Positions 19,616 through 29,445 of a DNA stretch of 64,000 nt are shown here, piece after piece. The translations under genes were made by a program, and so were the position numbers. The notes beneath the pieces are model-generated. The model was not told the DNA's origin, did not search any database, and was given only the letters and a program-made list of their open reading frames with translations. Every line of letters begins with the position of its first letter. Within the stretch, counting starts at the first letter, position 1. Where the stretch lies: the NCBI GenBank assembly GCA_964612745.1, contig CAZTCH010000001.1, positions 77,387-141,386 of the forward strand, written 5' to 3'. This DNA comes from an uncultured Candidatus Saccharibacteria bacterium (GTDB lineage Bacteria; Patescibacteriota; Doudnabacteria; UBA920).

Positions 19616-20518
19616 ATGCCAGGAACACAAGAACTTACACGACGAATAAAAAGCATAAAGAGTACGCGTAAAGTCACGCGCGCTATGCAAATGGTGTCTG
19701 CGAGTAAGATGCGGAAAAGCCAAGTGGCAGCGCTTGCAAGTCGCGCGTATGCGCTCCAAGCAGAAAAACTCTTGCGCGTATTGCACTACGAAGCTACTGA
19801 CGACGCTGCTACTCAAGATGACGCAGAAGAAGTTATCCCAGCCATCTCTGGGCTCTTACAGCAAAGCCCAAGTGCACGACGTGTGGCTGTGGTTGTGGTG
19901 TCTACCAATAGAGGGTTGGTCGGTAGTTTTAACGCAAACTTGTGGTATACGCTTCGTGAGCTTGAACGGCTGCATGGGGCAGATGCCATAGATTACTATA
20001 TAGTAGGTCAGAAAGCTATGGATGTGGCCGTTCGGTTAGGAAGATCTGTCGCAGCGCACTTTGTGAAAGCAGATGCGCCGCGTATGGATACAGATGTCTA
20101 TCCAATGGCGCTCTTACTTGAGAAAGGGTTTCGAGAAGGGGTATATAGTCAGGTGTGTGTGGTATATAACAAATTTATTTCTACCTTGGCGCAAAAAGTA
20201 GTAACGGAACAGCTCCTCCCATTGCAGCTGCAAGCGCATGAGACGGGGAGCGAGAATAATTCAGATTTTCTGTTTGAGCCAGACCCTGTAGGGGTTCTTA
20301 CACAGTTACTGCCGAAAGTATTTGAAAGCAGGTTGTATCAAGCGCTGCTCGAAAATGATGCGGCAGAACACAGTGCGCGGATGCTTATGATGAAGAACGC
20401 AACCGATAGTGCTGGAGATATTATTGCAGACTTAACCCTGACGTATAACCAGTTGCGACAGAATAAGATTACAACAGAGTTAAGTGAGATTACGGCGGGG
20501 AAGATAGCACTTGAGTGA
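19616..20518 (+). CDS. atpG: F0F1 ATP synthase subunit gamma
   Basis: 300 aa. N-terminus LTRRIKSIKSTRKVTRAMQMVSASKMRK and C-terminus NKITTELSEITAGKIALE are typical. Confidence 0.85.
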   Translation: MPGTQELTRRIKSIKSTRKVTRAMQMVSASKMRKSQVAALASRAYALQAEKLLRVLHYEATDDAATQDDAEEVIPAISGLLQQSPSARRVAVVVVSTNRGLVGSFNANLWYTLRELERLHGADAIDYYIVGQKAMDVAVRLGRSVAAHFVKADAPRMDTDVYPMALLLEKGFREGVYSQVCVVYNKFISTLAQKVVTEQLLPLQLQAHETGSENNSDFLFEPDPVGVLTQLLPKVFESRLYQALLENDAAEHSARMLMMKNATDSAGDIIADLTLTYNQLRQNKITTELSEITAGKIALE

Positions 20519-20552
20519 CGAGTCATCAAACATTGAAGCATTAAACATATAA

Positions 20553-22004
<1,452 letters not shown>

Positions 22005-22021
22005 ATTCAAACCATCTTTGT

Positions 22022-22477
22022 ATGAGTCAATTACAGTTAGTTTTGGTGAGTCCAGAGCGAACTATGTATAGTGGTTTTGCCGAGAGCGTGAGTTGCCAAA
22101 CAGAAGACGGCGAGATTACTATTTTACCGCACCATACGCCGTTGTTAACAACACTACGCGCTGGTGAGTTGCGCGTACTGGTAGATGGACAGGTGCAGCT
22201 ATTCCACGTTGGGGGCGGTTTTGCAGAAGTGCAAGCTGGATCTTTGGTTATTATTTTGGCAGACGCCAGTGAACGTGTCTCAGAAATTGATGCAGAACGC
22301 GCGGCAGATGCATTGCAAAGAGCGAAAGAACGGTTAGCGCAAGAATCGTTAACCGATAGGGAATATGCAGCTGTTGCATCGTTAATAGAACGAAATGCAG
22401 CTCGCTTGCAAATTACTCGAAAGCATTCACACAGAAGGCGCAGTCCGGTGACGAGTGAGGGAGTGTTGGAGGAATAG
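22022..22477 (+). CDS. atpC: F0F1 ATP synthase subunit epsilon
   Basis: 151 aa. Final gene of the operon, with a beta-sandwich plus helical C-terminal pattern. Confidence 0.75.
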   Translation: MSQLQLVLVSPERTMYSGFAESVSCQTEDGEITILPHHTPLLTTLRAGELRVLVDGQVQLFHVGGGFAEVQAGSLVIILADASERVSEIDAERAADALQRAKERLAQESLTDREYAAVASLIERNAARLQITRKHSHRRRSPVTSEGVLEE

Positions 22478-22965
22478 AGAATAGAGAATAGAGGGTAGAG
22501 GGTAGAGGGTAAAAAAACTTTTTGCATAGCAAAAAGTTTTTTTAGTACTATTTTCGAATTACGAATTACGAATTACGAATTACGCATTACGAATTACGCA
22601 TTACGAATTACGCATTACGTATTTTGATTTTCTACTTACTACTTTCTACTTACTGATTACTAATTCTTCTATTTCTTCTGTACTTATTACGCATTACGAA
22701 TTACGCATTACGTATTTTGATTTTCTACTTACTACTTTCTACTTACTGATTACTAATTCTTCTATTTCTTCTGTACTTATTACGCATTACGAATTACGCA
22801 TTACGTATTTGTAATTATCTGTTGTGGATATATTATTTTGTATTTGAATTTCTCTTTCAATTCTCTACTCTCTATTCTCTTTTTACTATTTTCTACTTAC
22901 TAATTACTCTTTACTATTCTCTACTCTCTATTCTCTACCCTCTATTTTAAAAAGTTATCAACAAT
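22478..22965. repeat. Composite intergenic repeat region: purine-rich heptamer arm, aattacg/cattacg heptamer tandem, a 91-bp tandem repeat (about 2.3 copies, 22599-22810), and a pyrimidine-rich arm that is the reverse complement of the first arm
   Basis: Direct reading. gagaata/gagggta units at 22478-22510. The 91-bp unit (ttacgcattacgaattacgcattacgtattttgattttctacttactactttctacttactgattactaattcttctatttcttctgtacttat) repeats at about 22599 and 22689. ctctaccctctatt arm at 22900-22960. Confidence 0.7.
22511..22543. terminator. Strong bidirectional rho-independent terminator after the atp operon
   Basis: aaaaactttttgc-ata-gcaaaaagttttt perfect stem, flanked by A and T runs. Confidence 0.6.
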
Positions 22966-22971
22966 TTTTTC

Positions 22972-23001
22972 TTGACATTGAATTTCGTTACTCGCTATAA
23001 T
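22972..23001 (+). promoter_or_regulatory. Consensus sigma70-like promoter (TTGACA, 18 nt, TATAAT)
   Basis: -35 at 22972-22977, -10 at 22996-23001, at the end of the repeat region. Confidence 0.5.
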
Positions 23002-23235
23002 TGATGTGTACAGTTTTTCTTTTACAAAAAAAGAAATAGAAAATATTCCTACACACGTAGGTTGATGAAAAATAAAAATCATCAAAGCGTATCACGCACT
23101 ACAAGAAACACAGAAAGAAATTTATTCTATCCTACTTGCGATCTGCTAAAAGGTTACAACCTCTCTGCAGAGCGGTAGAAAAATTAAGGAACACAATCTT
23201 TAAATTAAATTTGTGTTCCACGGAGACTCAAAAAA

Positions 23236-23319
23236 ATGGCAGCAAAGAAAAAAGCCAAAAAGGCTACAAAGAAGACCGTCAAGAAGGCAACCAAAAAGGC
23301 CTCCAAGAAGCGTCTTTAA
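23236..23319 (+). CDS. 27-aa Lys/Ala-rich basic peptide (MAAKKKAKKATKKTVKKATKKASKKRL), histone H1/Hc1-tail-like
   Basis: ATG with a GGAG SD 10 nt upstream, in-frame TAA, followed within 30 nt by a perfect terminator hairpin. Not in the supplied ORF track because it is under 60 aa. Confidence 0.45.
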   Translation: MAAKKKAKKATKKTVKKATKKASKKRL

Positions 23320-23348
23320 TTTGTTCTTCGCTTAGGCGAAAACAAATA

Positions 23349-23385
23349 TAAAACCACTAAGTTTTTACTTAGTGGTTTTATTTAT
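23349..23385 (+). terminator. Rho-independent terminator
   Basis: aaaccactaagt-tttt-acttagtggttt then tatttatg. Confidence 0.6.
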
Positions 23386-23484
23386 GCCTAAAATTGACTT
23401 GCAAAAAGTCTTAAATTGTTGTACAATATAGATTCTCTTGTGCAGAGTATTCTGCTACTAGGGAGCTCTATTATATTGAACTAT

Positions 23485-24234
23485 ATGTCTGAACCACATT
23501 TTGAGTTACCTAAAAATTTAACACCACGAGACCCTGCAGATAACGATAGGGAGATAGAAGAAATAGTAAGCCCTATCCAGCCAGAACCAAAGCACAAACA
23601 TTTTAAAAGTGGGCTTATCCCTTTGTTGTTAGTTCTTTTGTGCGCAGGTGTGGGTGCGGTTGTGCTCTACGATGCGTGGCCAAAGTTTGAGTACGGTGCA
23701 AAAGAAGCGAAAGCACCAGAAGTTGTTGCGCAAGCAGTCGTACCAACACCATCAGTCATAGAATCCGTACAAGTACCAACACCTACACCACTCGTCTCAA
23801 GCATTGCGACTGATGTACCCAGTGTAGTTGCTGTGGTGCCAGCACCAACTCCAGTAGTAAAGGTTGCAGGAACGAGTACGACTCGTACGAAAAAAGCTAC
23901 AACGTACACCGCAGTAGATGGCGTACGCATAGCGCTTGCTGCAGGGGAAACCGCTTCTACCGGCGAAGGTGTTACGGTGGTATATGCTGCTAGTGGTGCT
24001 GTATTGCTTCGTGTTGAACAGTCTGCATTCTTGCTGGACACACCAGCAGCGCTCGGGTATCAGCTTGCTTTAAGCCCAGATATCTCTCGCTTGCAGTCTA
24101 CATTCTTTGGTGATTATCCAGCGTTCTCTTATGTCCAAGCAGGGCACAAAGGCATGGCGATTATCCGTGGTCAGGTTGTGTACTATGTTACCGAACGTGC
24201 CCAAAATCAGCTTTCTAAATTTTCTGTACAATAA
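23485..24234 (+). CDS. Membrane-anchored protein with Pro/Thr/Val-rich linker and C-terminal globular domain, unknown function
   Basis: Start chosen at MSEPHFELPK, downstream of a TTGCAA, 17 nt, TACAAT promoter-like element at about 23399-23428. Single TM near residue 50. Confidence 0.45.
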   Translation: MSEPHFELPKNLTPRDPADNDREIEEIVSPIQPEPKHKHFKSGLIPLLLVLLCAGVGAVVLYDAWPKFEYGAKEAKAPEVVAQAVVPTPSVIESVQVPTPTPLVSSIATDVPSVVAVVPAPTPVVKVAGTSTTRTKKATTYTAVDGVRIALAAGETASTGEGVTVVYAASGAVLLRVEQSAFLLDTPAALGYQLALSPDISRLQSTFFGDYPAFSYVQAGHKGMAIIRGQVVYYVTERAQNQLSKFSVQ

Positions 24235-24240
24235 CAAACA

Positions 24241-24648
24241 ATGAAACATATTTTAGGAATATTTAATCCCGAATGGGAACTCGTAGCGGTTGTTGAGTTT
24301 GCAGGTAGCGATATGCATCTGCGAACACTCGGCGAGCATTCCTGTGAGCAGATTGTGGTAGACACACTCACTCGTCTCCGGGGAAACGCAGCCGAATCGA
24401 GGCAGCCAGAAAAAGATGAAACAGGTTGTGTTACAGGGTTTAAATCTTTTACTCCCGAAGAAGACGGCTATATCGGAGCAGTGGGCGATGAACTGAGAAA
24501 AGTTGGTGCTCGAGTATTTGAGTTCGACGCAGAGCTTGAAGCATTAGTCCGGCTTATCCCTGTTCCTGCTCGGCAACAATTGTTGCCCGAAGTGCTCTTT
24601 ATGGAAGCTTCGCTTGCTCGTGAAGTGCTATCGCATATTACTATGTAA
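24241..24648 (+). CDS. Hypothetical cytoplasmic protein
   Basis: 135-aa ORF with no recognisable motif. Tightly follows the previous gene. Confidence 0.45.
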   Translation: MKHILGIFNPEWELVAVVEFAGSDMHLRTLGEHSCEQIVVDTLTRLRGNAAESRQPEKDETGCVTGFKSFTPEEDGYIGAVGDELRKVGARVFEFDAELEALVRLIPVPARQQLLPEVLFMEASLAREVLSHITM

Positions 24649-24704
24649 TTATCCGTGCACATGCATGTTGGAATACAACGCACATGTGCGCATAAGGAAC
24701 TTCT

Positions 24705-25958
24705 ATGACAAAAATTTTACAAAATAAGAAAGTGTTCGCTGCCTTTTTAGGTATCGTGTTTGCACTTTCTGCGTTCCAGTTCGCTGGTGCGTCTCTGAAT
24801 TCGAATTATACTGCTATTAAAAATAGACAAGCGCGTTTTGCAGACACAACGACCGGTGGTGCGGTTATTACTGCTCCAGATCGTTTGCCAGTGGTTACAC
24901 CAACGCCTACACCAGCTGCTCCTTGTGCGATCATTCGCCCAGTTTCTGCAGTTGCTTCTGCTGTGCTTTCTGCTCCAACCGATGCAGTAAAAGCAATAGA
25001 CAACGACGTGAATACCATGTGGAATTCAGGTCAGTTTGCAACACAAGAAACACCAGTGTGGATCGAATTAAACTTAGGGGCAGTGTACGATGTGCAAGGT
25101 CTCCGAGTGCATGTTGCACAAAATCCAGATGCGAGCAGCCAACCAAAGCCTGCAGCACCTTTCCATGTCATTTTGACTGGTGAAAAGGCAAATCCAACCA
25201 CTGTTTCTACTACTTTGCACAAAGACTTGTACAACAAGACTTGGGAAGAAGTATCATTTAATACAGTCGCCACGCGAACACAATATGTACGTGTATTGAC
25301 TAAAAGCTCTCCTTCTTGGGTAGCTTGGTACGAGTTAGAAGTATGTGGAAACCCTTCTGGTCCAGTGGTAACGCTGTGCCCACAAGCACGAGTACAGATA
25401 ACGCAGCTGGCTTTGACTGTCGGTCAGACCACGACCGTTTCTGCTCCAGCGAATTGGTATGGTGGTTCCTTCCACACCACAAACCCTCAGGTAGTTACCG
25501 TAAATGGCACTACCATCACCGCAGTGGCTGCTGGTACTGCATCTATCTACGGAATGGGGTTCCGTGTTGGTCAGAACTGGCCATGTACAGCTGATGCTGT
25601 TATGGTTACCGTTACTGCGCCACAGATACAACCTTTTATTGGTGGATACGGTGTAGTCAGTACTTGTATGAGCCGCATGCATACCATTTCTGCAGTTTCT
25701 CCAGTACCAGCGGAGATTCGCTTTACTGAACTTCGCCTTGAAAAAACTCCTGCGAACCCAGGAAATTACACTGGGCCTCGGGTAGTTACTCTGACGAAGC
25801 AAGCAGATGGTGTATACCGTGGTAGTATTACGGTATCGACAAACCATTTCCCTGCAGGTACTGCTGCAATCTTTCGATTGTTTAGTACCTCTGGTGTGCA
25901 AATTCACCCAGGGTATGGTGCAGTCAGTCATGATTATGACGCACACTGCGGAAGCTAG
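24705..25958 (+). CDS. Secreted protein with F5/8 type C (discoidin) domain and a bacterial Ig-like (Big_2) domain
   Basis: Signal peptide. Discoidin motif AIDNDVNTMWNSG...WIELNLG. Big_2-like VTVNGTTITAVAAGTASI. Confidence 0.6.
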   Translation: MTKILQNKKVFAAFLGIVFALSAFQFAGASLNSNYTAIKNRQARFADTTTGGAVITAPDRLPVVTPTPTPAAPCAIIRPVSAVASAVLSAPTDAVKAIDNDVNTMWNSGQFATQETPVWIELNLGAVYDVQGLRVHVAQNPDASSQPKPAAPFHVILTGEKANPTTVSTTLHKDLYNKTWEEVSFNTVATRTQYVRVLTKSSPSWVAWYELEVCGNPSGPVVTLCPQARVQITQLALTVGQTTTVSAPANWYGGSFHTTNPQVVTVNGTTITAVAAGTASIYGMGFRVGQNWPCTADAVMVTVTAPQIQPFIGGYGVVSTCMSRMHTISAVSPVPAEIRFTELRLEKTPANPGNYTGPRVVTLTKQADGVYRGSITVSTNHFPAGTAAIFRLFSTSGVQIHPGYGAVSHDYDAHCGS

Positions 25959-26014
25959 TGTGATGAATAGCAAATATGAAACCCGTACGAATTTCGTACG
26001 GGTTTTTTGTTGGG

Positions 26015-27280
26015 CTATTCTTGGCTAACTGGTTGCCAGCGAATGGTGTAGAGGCTCGATTTTTCTGTTCTTTGATACAGTTTTGCTTTTGGGTTTTCCT
26101 CTTTGTAAGCTTGGTATGTTACGAAGTCTGCAAATGGGCGCAGCCCAGTTTGTTCGATTAAAAAGATGGTGGGATTATTTTTGAATTGCACCATGCTCCC
26201 AACTTTGATGCTTGTCGGCAATTTTGCAGGATTAGCCCTGCTGGGGAAGTTAAGGACGATGTCCATTTGGGGTTTCTGCTTGCCTTCTTCTGGCTCTATA
26301 GAAAGTGGGTAATCGCCCCACCACGGGCCGCTTGACCAGTATATGGCTCCAACGAGCTCGTCGTTGTTGTCGACTGTGTCGAGCATGTTTCGCATGATTG
26401 CGAGCGCTTGTGGGTCAGCGCTGGGGGCTCCGTATTCGGTAAGTATACCGCGTACTTTATGTGTTTTGAGCCATTGAAGGAAGGGGAGGATGCGCTCAGT
26501 GCCCAACGTGGCTGCGCTGGTGACTTTGCTTGCATATGTGCCGGTGAAATCTTTGTCAAAGTAGATGTGCGCTGCATAGAGTAGTTTTCCTGCAGGGTCA
26601 GCAATGAGCAAATCGCGGTTGTTGTCCTGCCAAAAATAGGCGCTTTGCCAGCTATATCCAGGGATAAGCAGAGTAGTTTTGGTGTCTACTTTTCGAATTT
26701 CGGTCACGGTGGTTTGCATGATGTTTTTCCATGCAGTACTACCACCCGGTAAGTCGTGTGGCTCGTTCATGAGTTCGGCTCCCCACAACGCTGGTTTTTG
26801 CTTTAACGCAGTGAGTAGCTTTACCCAAACGTCGGCAAGGGCAGCGTTATCTTCTTCTTGTAACGGTGTGTGGTAGTAGCGTCCGTAATTGTGCAGATCA
26901 AGAATTACTTTGGTGTTTGCTGTTGCAGCAGAGTCTAAAAATGCCGCAAGCGCGGTAACGCCGCTCTGGTTTAGTTCGCCAAATTTTTTTGCTTGGAGGC
27001 GTTCCCAGAGAAAGGGGAGTCGGACCACGGTTAAGCCTTTGCTGGAAAATGAGGTAAGAATTTCTGTATCGGTTGGGTATATATAGTCTTTGCCTTCTAC
27101 CCCTGGGAGCTTCTGGGGGCCGAATTCTGCTCCGCTGCGGTTAACGCCATATACTTTTTCTGGGCGGGGTGCGCTTGCTCCGTCTGCTCGGTTGCTACCG
27201 GACACAAATGGAAAAACCACCGTAAATAAGCAGAAAAGCAATAAAATTTTGTGTGATTTAGCCATTGACTTTTTTCTCAA
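26015..27280 (-). CDS. Secreted glycoside hydrolase family 5 (cellulase-like)
   Basis: Signal peptide. GH5 acid/base NEP motif (ELMNEPHD) and nucleophile TEYG motif (GILTEYGAP). Confidence 0.75.
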   Translation of the reverse strand: MRKKSMAKSHKILLLFCLFTVVFPFVSGSNRADGASAPRPEKVYGVNRSGAEFGPQKLPGVEGKDYIYPTDTEILTSFSSKGLTVVRLPFLWERLQAKKFGELNQSGVTALAAFLDSAATANTKVILDLHNYGRYYHTPLQEEDNAALADVWVKLLTALKQKPALWGAELMNEPHDLPGGSTAWKNIMQTTVTEIRKVDTKTTLLIPGYSWQSAYFWQDNNRDLLIADPAGKLLYAAHIYFDKDFTGTYASKVTSAATLGTERILPFLQWLKTHKVRGILTEYGAPSADPQALAIMRNMLDTVDNNDELVGAIYWSSGPWWGDYPLSIEPEEGKQKPQMDIVLNFPSRANPAKLPTSIKVGSMVQFKNNPTIFLIEQTGLRPFADFVTYQAYKEENPKAKLYQRTEKSSLYTIRWQPVSQE

Positions 27281-27359
27281 AATATGATTTAATTACATAA
27301 CTAAGCCAAGAATTGGCCAGTTAGTCAAGGACTCACAGTATAACCTATTTTGGCCCGCT

Positions 27360-29444
27360 ATGCACCATTCCGTAATTGTCATTCCTACATATAACGAAAA
27401 AGAGAACATTGGTACGATTGTGCCAATGATTTTTTCTGTTGCAAAAAAACTGGAACGAGAGGCGATAATTTCAATTCTGGTAGTAGACGATACTTCTCCA
27501 GACGGTACGGCAGATGTGGTTCGGGCAATGCAAGCGCAGTATCCAAACTTGCAACTAATTCTGGGGAAAAAAGAAGGCTTGGGGAAAGCCTACGTCCGAG
27601 GAATGCATCATGCGTTAACGGTCTTGGGTGCGGACTCAGTATTTGAAATGGACGCAGATTTGTCCCACGACCCAGAGGCAATCCCAAGCATGCTCAGAGA
27701 AATTTTGTCTGACAGTGCCGATTTTGTGATTGGTTCACGATACGTTTCTGGTGGGTCTATCCCACTCGAGTGGCCTTTCATGCGCAAGCTCAATTCATGG
27801 GCAGGAAACTTTGTTGCTCGCGTAGTTATTGGGCTCTATGGTATTCGTGATTGTACCGGTGGTTTTCGTGCCATTCGTGCTTCGGTGCTTCAAGCTGTGC
27901 ATTTAGAAGAAATTCCAGTTGCAGGCTACGCTTTTCAAGTTAGCTTATTGCAACGAGCTGTTTTGGTTGGAGCACGGATATTGGAAGTACCAATTACTTT
28001 TCGTGACCGCGAAATTGGTGTGTCAAAGTTGCGACTGAAAGATCAAATTGAATTTATTTATAAATCCTTTACGTTACGCATTCATAGCCTGACTGTGCGC
28101 TACGGATTATTTGCATTACTATTTTCTGTTGTTGTAGCATTTTTCGCTGCTGTATACATGTCTACTGAGCACGTTGCTGCGTTTGTGGTAGGTATTTCTG
28201 TTTTGCTGTTGGCACAAGGTGTGTGGAATTTGTGGCTCATGATCCAAGTGTGGGATAACCCACATAAGACAGGTGAATATGGTTCACCAAAGACATATGA
28301 AGCGCCACAGTATTCTTTTACCGCACTGTTGCCTGCGCTACACGAAGAAGTAGTGATTGGAGATACTATTCGCGCTGTGCATGCAGTGGATTACCCAAGC
28401 CACTTAAAGCAGATTTTAGTCATTTGCCGGTACGACGACACGGGGACAATTGCAGCAGCAGAACAAGCGATTGCAGGTCTGGGCGAAGGTGCCAATGCGA
28501 AAGTACTGGTATATAACCGTATCCCAAGCAACAAGCCGAAACAAATGAACTTTGCTTTGGCAGAAACCACTGGGGATGTCGTTGTACCATTTGACGCAGA
28601 AGATGGACCACACAAAGATTTGTACCACATTGTAAACACCACCATGATTCGCCAGAATGCAGATGTTGTGCAGTCTGGGGTACAGCTCATGAACTTTGAA
28701 AGCAACTGGTATTCGGTGTACAACGTGTTGGAGTATTTCTTCTGGTTTAAGTCTGTCCTTCCGTATTTTGCTGCGCGTGGTGCAGTGCCTTTGGGTGGAA
28801 ACACCGTATTCTTTAAACGAAAGTGGCTAGAACGAATTGGTGGCTGGGACGAAGAATGTTTAACAGAAGATGCAGAAATTGGGATGAAGTTGTCCCAAGC
28901 TGGTGCGCGTATTCGAGTTATTTACGAAGAACAGCACGCAACCCAAGAAGAAGCACCGCTTTCACTGGGCGTGTTTATTAAGCAACGTACCCGTTGGCAC
29001 CAAGGGTTCATGCAAGTTATTGGCAAGGGTCAATGGCGTAAGTTTTTGACCGTAAGGCAGCAAGCATTGTCTTTGTACGTACTGGCATGGCCAGAAATCC
29101 AAGCGGTGTTGTTCTTGTACGCTTTTGTCTCTGCGGTTGCTTTGTTCTTTATTAAGCTTCCTGCATGGGCGACGGTCGTTTCTATATTGCCGTTGTATTT
29201 ACTCGTTGTATTGTTTGTTGTGTGTGTTGTTGCACTCTACCAATTTTGCCAAAGTTACAACAAGAAGTTTCCGTGGTGGATGCCGTTTAAAATGTTAGTA
29301 GCATTTTATCCTTTTCAGATTTTACTTGGAGTATCTGCGCTGCGAGCTGTGTACCGACTATTGAAAGGTTCAACTGGTTGGGAAAAGACTGTGCACGTTG
29401 GGGCACACCGTGTGAGCGTACCGCTAGAAGTACCGTTAGAATAA
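27360..29444 (+). CDS. Polyprenol-phosphate mannose synthase (Dpm1/Ppm1-like GT2) fused to a membrane domain and a second GT2 domain
   Basis: N-terminus VIVIPTYNEKENI, DDTSPDGT, MDADLSHDP, DCTGGFR matches DPM synthase. TM region at residues about 240-300. Second GT2 with FDAEDGP DXD motif. C-terminal TM helices. Confidence 0.75.
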   Translation: MHHSVIVIPTYNEKENIGTIVPMIFSVAKKLEREAIISILVVDDTSPDGTADVVRAMQAQYPNLQLILGKKEGLGKAYVRGMHHALTVLGADSVFEMDADLSHDPEAIPSMLREILSDSADFVIGSRYVSGGSIPLEWPFMRKLNSWAGNFVARVVIGLYGIRDCTGGFRAIRASVLQAVHLEEIPVAGYAFQVSLLQRAVLVGARILEVPITFRDREIGVSKLRLKDQIEFIYKSFTLRIHSLTVRYGLFALLFSVVVAFFAAVYMSTEHVAAFVVGISVLLLAQGVWNLWLMIQVWDNPHKTGEYGSPKTYEAPQYSFTALLPALHEEVVIGDTIRAVHAVDYPSHLKQILVICRYDDTGTIAAAEQAIAGLGEGANAKVLVYNRIPSNKPKQMNFALAETTGDVVVPFDAEDGPHKDLYHIVNTTMIRQNADVVQSGVQLMNFESNWYSVYNVLEYFFWFKSVLPYFAARGAVPLGGNTVFFKRKWLERIGGWDEECLTEDAEIGMKLSQAGARIRVIYEEQHATQEEAPLSLGVFIKQRTRWHQGFMQVIGKGQWRKFLTVRQQALSLYVLAWPEIQAVLFLYAFVSAVALFFIKLPAWATVVSILPLYLLVVLFVVCVVALYQFCQSYNKKFPWWMPFKMLVAFYPFQILLGVSALRAVYRLLKGSTGWEKTVHVGAHRVSVPLEVPLE

Positions 29445-29445
29445 T

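Noticed and set aside
22478-22965. Possible CRISPR array in the large repeat-rich spacer after atpC
   Set aside because: Repeat units are 7 nt or one 91-bp unit in tandem with no unique spacers of regular length. No cas genes are in the window. Structure is purine/pyrimidine mirror arms, not direct repeat-spacer-repeat.
23136-23351. 71-aa ORF from the supplied track
   Set aside because: No SD, and low-complexity translation of a Lys-codon-rich stretch. The +1 frame encodes a compact 27-aa KKA peptide with SD and terminator, which I judged more plausible. Uncertainty remains.
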